In this document: piece by piece, positions 54,099 through 64,000 of the stretch
Position numbering within the stretch: the stretch's first letter is position 1
Layout: each line of letters begins with the position of its first letter
Source of the DNA: Mobula hypostoma
Lineage: Eukaryota
Length of the DNA stretch: 64,000 bases
Direction: 5' to 3'
Assembly: GCF_963921235.1 (NCBI RefSeq)
Contig: NC_086097.1
Span: 45,510,001 to 45,574,000, forward strand
Notes under the pieces: model-generated
Database searches by the model: none
Told to the model about the DNA's origin: nothing
The model's input: the letters and a program-made list of their open reading frames with translations, nothing else
Translations under genes and position numbers: made by a program

Positions 54099-54134
54099 AG
54101 TCCTGACGAAAGGTCTCGGCCTGAAACGTCGACT
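54099..54134 (+). ncRNA. Second putative minimal hammerhead ribozyme (3' pseudo-LTR)
   Basis: AGUC-CUGACGA-A-AGGU(CUCG)GCCU-GAAA-CGUC-GACU; an A-U pair replaces G.U at the base of stem II. Confidence 0.72.
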
Positions 54135-54942
54135 GCGCCTCTTCCTATAGATGCTGCTTGGCCTGCTGCGTTCACCAGCAACTTTGATGTATGTTGCTCA
54201 GATATAATCTAATAGCATTTTGAAAAAGCTGGGGGGTTGACTGGCAGTCCTGTGCTACCACGTGAGCAGTACATGATGTATTTTGGTCTGAAGATAGAAA
54301 AATCATTTCATCCTGTACAATTCCACGACAAAGATTAATTGTTGTAACAAAATGTGAGAAGTTTACCGCAAGCAGTTTTAGTGACTTTGTTTCACAAGTT
54401 CCCAAGTAATTTATTTAATTTGTGATTGAGTGAATGATAATTCCTGATTTACATAAGAAATTCAAAGTTATTGATTATTCTGACATAATTATGTCAGGCA
54501 GATACAACAGTCTTCAGGTACAGTCATTGGATAGGGAGGGGAGATAGATTAGACAAGGGTAAATCAGTGCAATATGCACTTTTTTAATATATAGTTTTAT
54601 TAAACTGTATATAAGATACAATAGAAGATAACTAACAGGTAAAAGGTTAATCCAAGATCAGCTATTCATCATCTGATAATCATTACAATTTGAATTGCAG
54701 TTTCACAGTAACTCTGATTTTTCCCTTGATGATTTTTTGTGCCATTTTAATATATGAAAATCTTAACTTGCTCATAATTCATTTTGAGTCACAGTCAGTG
54801 TGACTAATTTGCGCCCCCCCCCCATTTCAATTGTGTAACTCTCCTTGCTTAGATGGCAAGTGTACTTGTGCATATATAACATTTGGTTCCTAATACTAAC
54901 TGTGTGTCAGGTATAGTTTAATTGTGTTTGGTTTTCCTCTAG

Positions 54943-55100
54943 GGTGTTTGTAGTCCTAGTGTGATATTAGAAGATGCATCTCCTATTGTACAGTTGGACT
55001 ACACTCAGAAAATACTTCTTGTTTCAACTTGCCTACGCTCTATTCTCATTTATACTGAGCAGAATGTTCTCAAGCAGGTTGGAAGCCAGCCAAGAAAAAT
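54943..55100 (+). CDS. TECPR2: TECPR2 coding exon 4 (GVCSPSVILEDASPIVQLDYTQKILLVST...QVGSQPRK)
   Basis: ctctag acceptor, gtaagt donor, 158 nt. IVQLDY.QK.LLVST motif. No later exon recognised in the window. Confidence 0.93.
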
Positions 55101-55844
55101 GTAAGTGTACAGAGCTTTAAATAATTAAACTTTTATTAAGTATAATTGTTTGAGGCATCCAAGTTGATGATCGTACTCTGCACCCATAGTTGTGATTATG
55201 CCTATATCACAGCGGTGCAGTTTGTAGAATTATTGCCTTGCAGTTCCAGTTTCCTGGCTTCAGTCATGATTGCTGGTGCAATCAATTTGCACATACAATT
55301 GCCTGATTTTCATCCAACATCCCAAGCACATAGAGGTAGTAGGTTAACTGGCCACTGTAAATTTCCCTGCTGTGTAGGCAGTTGATAGGAATATGGGGAG
55401 AATAAAATGGAATGGTGTAAATGGCTGTTTGTTGTAATGCACCGGGTGAACAAAGGGGCCTTGTTCCGTACTCATGACTCTGTGACTAATACAAAACTTT
55501 GTACAAACACTTCGAAGTAATAGCCTAAGCTGCTTTGCCTGCTTAATTGCTAATGTATTACACCTTTAATTCAAAATCCTAGGTTCCTGTACTTTGCTGA
55601 TCACAGCAGGGTATATTGTAAATTGGTTTATTATTGTCACATACATTGAAGTACTGTGAAAAATTTGTTATGCTTTGTTAATACAGATCATTTCATTACA
55701 ACAAAACATTGAGGTAGAACAAGAAAAGTAACAAAATGCAGAATAAAATGTTACAATAACAGAGGAAGTGCATTGCACATAGACAATAAGGTGCAAGGCC
55801 AGAACAAGGCAGATAATGAAGTTATGAATCTTATTGTACTAGAG

Positions 55845-56645
55845 CAGGGGTCTGCAACCTTTTTTGCACCGTGGACCGGCCAACTGGGGGGGGGGGGGTT
55901 CAATTAGGGTTAAACTCACCTCACATAGGGTTGCCAACTTTCTCACTCCCAAATAAGGGACAAAACTAGCAGTCAAATCCTGACGAAGGATCCCAGCCCA
56001 AAATGTCAACTGTACCTCTTCCTGTAGATGCTTCCTGGCCTGTTGCGTTCACCAGCATTTTTTGTGTCTGTTGACGGGACCTTGTGTTTACCCCAAGAAA
56101 GACTACCATGACCATGAACCCTAGCACGGGCACCTGTGTGCGCATGCGCGTACGTGCCGATTTTTGTTTTCCACAAATCCGTTTTGGCTTAATCTTCCCG
56201 ACTACATGTACATACGTTATTTCTACTTTATAAAGGCTATGTATTTATCGTATCATTAATGCTTTTACTATATGTTAGAGTTATTTTAGGCTTTATGTGT
56301 TATTTGGTATGATTTGGTAGGTTATTTTTTGGGTCTGGTAATGCTCAAAAATTTTTTCCCTATAAATTAATGGTAATTGCTTCTTCGCTTTACGCCATTT
56401 CGGCACAAAAGGTTTCATAGGAACCTCTACCTTAGCGGGTGAAATACGGGACAAGGGCGGTTCCATATGGGACAAACTAATTTAGCCTGATATACGGGAT
56501 GCCCCGGCAAATACGGGACAGTTGGCAGCCCTATGTTCAAGTTCAACAGTGCGTGACAGGGAATGAGGAAAGGTGCAGCTGACTCATATCATTTCCTTGC
56601 GGCCTAGTAGCACATGCTTTGTGGCCCGGTGGTTGGGGACCGCTG
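55845..56645. mobile_element. Composite non-autonomous hAT (Charlie-like) element
   Basis: 8-bp TSD TACTAGAG (55837-55844, 56646-56653); imperfect TIRs CAGGGGTCTGCAACC / GGTTGGGGACCGCTG; nested second TIR pair at 55926 and 56533. Confidence 0.85.
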
Positions 56646-57269
56646 TACTAGAGGACCATTTAATAGTCTTATAACAAGCTCTCCTTGATTCTGGTGGTAA
56701 GAGCTTTCAGGCTTTTGTAACTTCTTCCTAATGGGAGAAGAGAGAATGTCCAGGGTGGATTGGGTCTTTGATTATGCTGGTTGCTTTACTTAGGCCTAGC
56801 TTACTGTGATGGTGCATCTTCAGAAATTGTGGCAAGAGGACTGGGTTTGGTTGTAATACCACCTGGACTTTGACAACCTTTTAATAAGACCATAAGATAT
56901 AGGAGCAGAAGTAGGCCATTCGGCCCATCGAGTCTGCTCTGCCATTCAATCATGGGCTGATCCAATTCTTTCAGTCATCCCCACTCCCCTGCTTTCTCCC
57001 CGTACCCTTTGATGCCCTGGCTAATCAAGAATCTATCTATCTCTGCCTTAAATACACTGAATGACTTGGCCTCCACAGCTGCTCATGGCAACAAATTCCA
57101 CAGATTTATCACCCTCTGACTAAAGTAATTTCTCCGCATCTCTGTTCTAAATGGACGTCCTTCAACCCTGAAATCGTGCCCTCCTGTCCTAGACTCCCTT
57201 ACCATGGGAAATAACTTTGCCATATCTAATATTTATTACACACTAAGGATGCAGCTGTCCATGAAGATA

Positions 57270-58407
57270 GAGCATAAGACATAGAAACAGAATTAGGCCA
57301 TTTGGCCCATTAAGTCTGCTCCACCATTTCAGGATGTCTAGTCTATTTCCTTCTCAACCTCATTCTCCTGCCTTCTCCCCATAACTTTATGTGCCCTGAC
57401 TAATCAAGAACATCTCCCTTAAGTGCACCCGTGTGACCCGGATTCCACAGCTGTCTGTGGTAACAAATTCCACAGGTTCACCACTCTCTGCTTAAGATAT
57501 TCCTCCTAATCTCGGTTCTAAATGGACATCTCTCTATTTTGAGGCTGTGCCCTTTAGTTCTAGATTCCCCCACCAAAGGAAACATCCTCTTCACATCCAC
57601 TCTATCGAGGCTTTTCAACATTTGATAGGTTTCCATGTGAATTCCCCCACTTATTTTTCTAAATTCCAGCAACTACAGGCTCAGAGCCTTCAATCTCTGC
57701 TCATGTGATAACCCTTTCATTTCTGGAATCATTCTTCTGAGCCTCTTCTGAACCCTCCCAATGTTAGGACATCCTTTCTAAAATAAAGAGCCCAAAACTG
57801 CTCATAATACTCCCAAGTGAGGCCTCACCAGTGCTTTATAAAGTTTCAACTTTACATCCTTGCTTTTATATTCTAGTCCTCTTTAAATCATTCACCTCCT
57901 CACTACCAATTCAAACTGCAAATTAACCATTTTGGAATCCTGCACAAGAACTCCCAAATCCCTTTGCACCTCGGATTTTTGAATTGTCTCTCCGTTTAGA
58001 AAATAGTCCATTCCTTCTATCAAAGTGCATGACAATGCACTTCCTGTCACTGTATTCCATCTGCCACCTCTTTGCCCATTCTCCTAATCGGTCTAAGTCC
58101 TTTTAGAGCCTCTCTGCTTAGTTAATACTATCTGCCCCCCAACCTATCTTCATTTATCTGTAAACATGGCCCAAAGCCAAGAATTTCATCCTCCAAATCT
58201 TTGACATACAATGTAAAAAGAAGTATTCCCATGCAGATCCTTGAGGAAGGCCACTAGTCACCGGCAGTCAATCCAAAAAAGATCCTCCTCTGACCAATCA
58301 GCCAATGTTCTACCTATGCTAGTATCTTTCCTGTAATACTATGGGCTGTTATCTTGTTTAGCAGCCCCACGTGCGGCACCTTGTAAAAGACCTTCTGAAA
58401 ATTCAAG
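57270..58407 (-). mobile_element. CR1 LINE (continues at about 60014-60700 and 61495-61765 after later insertions); a second CR1 tail at about 56886-57230
   Basis: ORF 57478-57672 (ETYQMLKSLDRVDVKRMFPLVGESRTKGHSLKI). The CR1 sequence resumes after the Tigger TA duplication. Confidence 0.8.
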
Positions 58408-58409
58408 TA

Positions 58410-60011
58410 CAGGTGTCCCCCACTTTTCGAACGTTCGCTTTACGAAACCTCACTGTTACAAAAGACCTACATTAGTACCCTGTTTTCGCTTTCAGAAGGT
58501 GTTTTCACTGTTACGAAGAAAGGCAGCGCGCAAAAAAATCAGTGCGCGATAAAAGGCAGCGCGCCCTGAGCAGCCACTCTTCCCCGGATTTGGAACGGCA
58601 TTGCTTAAACACGTGTCTGTGAACAGCCGTTAGCGAGATGAGTTCTAAGGTATCGGAAAAGCCTAAAAGAGCACGTAAGGGTGTTACACTTAGCATAAAA
58701 CTAGACATAATTAAGCGTTTCGATCGTGGTGAACGAAGCAAGGACAAAGTGAGTTTGGCTTGTGGAAGCTGATGAAGATGATGTTGAAGAGGTTTTGGCA
58801 TCCCATGACCAAGAACTGATAGATGAAGAGCTGATGCAATTGGAAGAGGAAAGGATAACAATCGAAACCGAATGCAGTAGCGAACTGAACGTGAAGCAAC
58901 TGCGTGAGATTTTCGCTGCAATGATAAAGTACGACTTTAATTTTGAAAGGGTACGTAGGTTTAGGGGATATTTGCAGGATGGTTTGAGTCCTTACAAACA
59001 ACCGTATGATAGAAAAATGCGCGAGGCTCAGCAGTCAAGCAAGCCTTCCACATTAGCCACAGTAGACGACGAACCTCGATCTTCGACATCGAGGCGGGCA
59101 GTCATAGGAGAAGATGAGCTGCCTGCCCTGATTGACGATGAGATGACACCCCCGTGTCCTACCACTCCAACCCCCAGGCCCCGGACAGATACAGTACCGA
59201 TTCGCGGAGAATGCAACAGTAGCCGGGAGGCACACAGCACATCTTTAAGAAAAAAGCTGAAATAAACATGCTAATTAATTAGGTGCCGCCGACACGTAAT
59301 TGTCGGCCCAGATCAGCGGCGATTTCCAATTGCGTCGCCTCTGATCTGGGCCGACAATTACGTGTCGGCGGCACCTAATTAATTAGCATGTTTATTTCAG
59401 CTTTTTTCTTAAAGATGCGCTGTGTGCCTCCCGGCTACTGCTGCGTTCTTCACGGCAATGTATCGGGTCGGCGGCCCGGAGGGTGGGGGCCACTGCACCA
59501 CCCAACCTGCGACGACTTAGTCTAACACACCATCATCAGTGTGCTCGGCAAGCTGTTTTCCCAATTCCGGTAAGTGATATTACACTGTACATACGTTATT
59601 TCTACTTTATATAGGCTGTGTATTTTTACGTGTTATTTGGTAGATTTGGCAGCCTCATAGCTTAAAGGTTACTGGAGAGCGCGTTTATGCCAAGAACACT
59701 TGCGTGAGATTTTCTGCCGAGAGCGCTTGCATGAGATTTTCGCTACGGAGATCGGTGCAGGCAATCGTTGTAGAGAAGTATTTCTACTTTATATAGGCTG
59801 TGTATGTATCATTCCTGTTTTTACTTTCTGTTACTGTTATTTTAAGTTTTATGTGTTATTTGTCATGATTTGGTAGGTTATTTTTGGGTCTGCAAACGCT
59901 CACAAAATTTTCCCATATAAATAAATGGTAATTGCTTCTTTGCTTTGCGACATTTCGGTTTACGAGCCGTTTCATAGGAACGCTCTACCTTCAGATGGCA
60001 GGGGAAACCTG
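58410..60011 (+). mobile_element. Tigger/pogo internal-deletion derivative
   Basis: TA|CAGGTGTCCCC ... GGGGAAACCTG|TA termini. ATG 58638 gives MSSKVSEKPKRARKGVTLSIKLDIIKRFDRGE (CENP-B/psq-like HTH start) next to an acidic C-terminal remnant (ORF 58762-59265). No DDE core. Confidence 0.85.
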
Positions 60012-62550
60012 TATACAAATTCCACTGATTCTCCTTTGTCTATTCTGCTTGTTATTTCTTAAAGAATTCCAACAGATTTGTCAGGCAAGGGTTTCCCTGA
60101 AGGAAACCATGCTAACTTTGGCCTGTTTTTATCACATGCTTCTAAGTACCCCAAAACTACATCCTTAAAAATCAACTCCAGTATCTTCCCAACCACTGAG
60201 TTCGAGCTAACTGGCCTGCAATTTTCTTAATTTTGCCTCTCTCCCTTCTTGAAGAGTGGAGTGACATTTGCAATTTGCCAGTCCTCCGGAGCCATGCCAG
60301 ATCTATTCTTGGAAAGTCATTAGTAATGCCTCCCCAATCTCTTCAGCTGCCTCTTCAGAACCCTGGGGCATAGTCCATCTGGTCCAGGTGACTTACCTTA
60401 CCTTTAGACCTTTTCAATTTCCCAAGGACCATCTCCTGAATATTAACAACTGCACGCACTGCTACCCTTGACACTCTCAAATATCTGACATACTATTAAG
60501 AGTTCTCTGCATTGAAGACTGATGCAAAATACTTAATAAATTCATATGTCATTTTCTTGTGCCCTATTACTGTCTTTCCAGTGCATTTTCTATATCCACT
60601 CTTGCCTCTCTGTTATTCTTTATATATCTGGAAAGAAACTTTTGATATTATTGGCGAGTTTGCCTTTATAGTTCATCTTTTTCTCCCCCTTCCCCCCCCC
60701 AGAGGTTTTTTAAAAACCAACAGAAAGCAACTAAAAAAAAAATCATTAATAACACCTTTTCTGAAGCAAATTGTGAACTATCACTGCAAGTAATGAAGAG
60801 ATGAGCAAAGGCGAAGCTAATTGTAGGGATGAGCTGTCCTGGTGCGTTGCGAAGACAAAGCATAATGTGTTTGAGCTGGGGTTGTAGATGGAGTTGAAGT
60901 GAATGATTCGGAGAGGAGAAGACAAGGCAGAGGAGTTTCAATGCCTATCCAACTAATCCGGGTGTGAGAGTCGCTGTAAGTGTGGAGCTGATTTGGAGAG
61001 AGCAAGAAAGACTTTGGGCTGGGCAGTGAGGTGTAAACCCAGAGCATATTGCTGTAGCAAGGCATGATTTGTTGTTTGGATAATTTAAATGCCAGTCCAG
61101 ATAGACTGGAATGGCAAGGTGTCGGGACCAGAGGCAAGGGTCAGGCAGATTTCGCACTGAGGCTGTGAGACTGCCCCAACTGCTGTGCTTCATGTCTGTA
61201 AACTTTGTGGCAATTTGCCCCACTAATATGTTAAACTGACTCCAAGCTTTGGGCTCCAGGGATTTGGATCTAAGGACTCAATTTGGTTCAGAATGCTATT
61301 CCTTGCTTATTGTTTGCATGATTTGTGTGTTTTTTTTCCCCTCTTTCTCTGTGCATTGGGTGTTGGTCTTTATTTTTTTTAATTGGGTGCTTTTCACATT
61401 TTTTGCTTTGGGGCTGCCTATAAGCAGACAAATCTTAAGGTTGTATAATTTATACATACTTTGATAATAAATGTACTTTGAATCTTTGAATCTTAACTTT
61501 TGCTGTATTGTATGCCCTCTCTTTTGCATTAATGTTGGCTTTGACTTCCTTTATCAGCCACAGTTGCGTCATCCTGCCCTTGGAATACTTTTTTCGGATG
61601 TATAAATCCTGCACCTTCTGAATTGCTTCCAGAACTTCCAGCCATTGCTGCTCTGCTGTCATCACTACTGTTGTCCTCTTCCAAACAACTTTGGCCAACA
61701 TCACTCTCAATCCTCTCTGATTCCCTTTACTTCTCTGTAATACTGATATATCTGACTTTAATATGCACCTTGCAGCAGCCTCTTCCTTCTGGGAAATTGT
61801 ACAGGAACAACTCTGCAAGGCAAAATTAAAGAATGGCCGGAAAAAAATAAACTCTAGAAAAACCAAAGTTGCCAGAGCTAAAGGGTGGTTTGATGACACA
61901 AGAGTTAGCACTGCTGCTTTAGTTCCTATGACCAGGGTTCAGGTTTTGTACAGTTGGCATGTTTTCTTTGAATTGTGGGTTTTCTTCAGCTGCTCTGGTT
62001 TCATTGACCATCCCAAATATTTGCTGATGGTTCATTTCTTGGAACGTGAGGGAGAGAGAATAAGTAAAAGGGGTACGGGAAAATATGGAGAATGAGACCA
62101 ATTCTTATGAATCAGTGCTGAGTCAACTGATTGCTTTCTGTGTCGTTACATCCGCAGTGTTGTCACAAATTAAGTTCCAATTATTCAGGTCTTTGATTCA
62201 CCTGTAATGATATCACCACCTAGCAAGTTCAATCTCTTCTTCTAGTATCATCATGTATGTCCTGAACCAAAATTTAATTCACTGCATCAGGAAGTGTAGC
62301 CTCACACTCACTCATAATCCCAGTTTCTTTCAAAAGAAGCAACTAACTTCAGGACTGACTTGACTTTGTGACATACATTATTATAGTGCCAATAAGTGAC
62401 GACTCTTTATGTGCAGCTCTGATGGGAATCATCAAATGTTCCTATTAGGACTATTACAGCTGAAAACCGCAGTCGCAGCCTTGTGTACTTCAGCAAGCAA
62501 CATCGTTTTAAGATATTTTTTAAAAAAAATTCTATTGATACTCAAATCTA

Positions 62551-63340
62551 GTCACTTTGGTGGCAAGAACAGGAAAACAGATTATTATCTGAGTGGTGGC
62601 CGATTAGGAAAAGGGGAGGTGTAATGAGACCTGGGTGTCATTGTACACCAGTCATTGAAAGTGGGCATGCAGGTACAGCAGGCGGTGAAAAAAGTGAATG
62701 GTATGCTGGCATTCATAGCAAGAGGATTCGAGTACAGGAGCAGGGAGGTTCTACTGCAGTTGTACAAGGCCTTGGTGAGACCACACCTGGAGTATTGTGT
62801 GCAGTTTTGGTCCCCTAATCTGGGGAAAGACATTCTTGCCATAGAGGGAGTACAAAGAAGGTTCACCAGATTGATTCCTGGGATGGCAGGACTTTCATAT
62901 GATGAAAGGCTGGATCGACTAGGCTTATACTCACTGGAATTTAGAAGATTGAGGGGGGATCTTATTGAAACGTATAAAATTCTAAAGGAATTGGACAGGC
63001 TAGATGCAGGAAAATTGTTCCTGATGTTGGGGAAGTCCAGAACGAGGGGCCACAGTTTAAGGATAAAGGGGAAGCCTTTTAGGACCGAGATGAGGAAAAA
63101 CTTCTTCACACAGAGAGTGGTGAATCTGTGGAATTCTCTGCCACAGGAAACAGTTGTGGCCAGTTCATTGGCCATATTTAAGAGGGAGTTAGATATGGCC
63201 CTTGTGGCTAAAGGAATCGGGGGTATGGAGGGAAGGCAGGTATAGGGTTCTGAGCTGGATGATCAGCCATGATCATACTGAATGGCGGTGCAGGCTCAAA
63301 GGGCCGAATGGCCTACTCCTGCACCTATTTTCTGTGTTTC
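62551..63340 (+). mobile_element. Young CR1 LINE, 3' portion
   Basis: ORF 62655-63245 (LYKALVRPHLEYCVQFWSP...RLRGDLIETYKIL...TRGHSL...FFTQRVVNLWNSLP) plus a CR1-type tail. Confidence 0.92.
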
Positions 63341-63349
63341 TTGCAATAT

Positions 63350-64000
63350 TCGTGGTTCCCGGACTGCAGACTTGGGTCATGAGTGTAGATCCCCTTTAAG
63401 AAAACAGAAGCATGAAGACAAGTCAGTCTGTAGGTATGATAGGTATGATTAAAATGCAGAGGCCTTAGACCCACCTTCCCCAACTCCCGACTATCCTGCT
63501 GGCAAATGTACAGTCTCTGGAAAATAAAATTGAAGACATCAGAGCATGATTGTTGTAGCAGAGGAACATCAGGGACTGCCGTATATTTTGCTTCACAGAA
63601 ACATGGCCGGCTGCAGCCCATGGATTCACCATTCTCTGCAAAGACAGCACAGCTCAGTCTTTTAAGGTAGAGGAGGTGGAGTATGCTTTCTGATTCAGTC
63701 ATTGTAGTGCACAGATGTGGCAGTTCTGTCTCAGTCCTGCTCTTGTGATCAAATGTCCGTTTTATCCAGGAGCAGTGTACATGTTAATGTCAAGCAGGCA
63801 CTGAAGGAGCTGAGCAGCATGATCAGCAGTCACAAAGCATCGCACTATGATGCCTTCACTATCATTGCAGGGGATTTCAACCAGGCCAACTTGAAGAAGT
63901 CACAAAATAACTACCAATAACGTATCACCTGAGGAGCCACAACACAACCACTATTATACTACCATCAAGAACGCCTCCCATGCCCACACTTTGGAAAGTC
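63350..64000 (+). mobile_element. Rex1/Babar-like 5' region with decayed APE endonuclease
   Basis: LANVQSLENK, CFTETW and IIAGDFNQANLKK motifs in broken frames. Confidence 0.7.

Larger units (their letters stand above)
52535..54197 (+). mobile_element. Young Penelope-like (Neptune-type) retroelement: inverted plus tandem pseudo-LTRs and an intact GIY-YIG endonuclease region, no RT core
   Basis: Open frame 53245-53805 with a Cys-rich linker (CKPNKCYTC) and GVIYCVRCSRCGLLYIGET...RFAEH...GMN. 13-bp TSD TCAGATATAATCT (52522-52534, 54198-54210). Near-identical repeats with CpGs intact. Confidence 0.92.

Noticed and set aside
58762..59265. Domesticated TIGD/CENP-B-like gene
   Set aside because: Lacks the DDE core and an in-frame N-terminus, and is still bounded by TIRs and a TA duplication.
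62585..63175. 196-aa minus-strand ORF
   Set aside because: Antisense shadow of the CR1 ORF2 fragment.
55101..64000. Further TECPR2 exons
   Set aside because: No segment resembling the expected next peptide (GKFGACF...) was found; the region is almost entirely repeats.

Overview
Eukaryotic (vertebrate) genomic DNA, not prokaryotic. The repeat content (Penelope-like, CR1, Rex1/Babar, RTE, Tc1, Tigger, hAT) and AT-richness suggest a cartilaginous fish, probably a ray (inference). Three spliced genes lie in the order known from mammals. (1) The last five coding exons of ZNF839 (+, 5714-18041). (2) A complete five-coding-exon CINP (-, 30636-20626, 207 aa). (3) The first four coding exons of TECPR2 (+, ATG at 37680, continuing beyond the window). 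CINP and TECPR2 are head-to-head around a CpG-rich region that carries an ETS motif and a 34-36 bp minisatellite with eight inverted CCAAT boxes. Introns are full of transposon relics. The most interesting are young Penelope-like (GIY-YIG) insertions with target-site duplications that carry minimal hammerhead-ribozyme motifs, a nested hAT/hAT/Penelope/Tigger composite, and a Tigger deletion derivative with a 106-bp-arm palindrome. Gene and repeat identifications rest on recalled sequence similarity plus splice-site and phase consistency. No database search was run, and repeat boundaries without a TSD or TIR are approximate.
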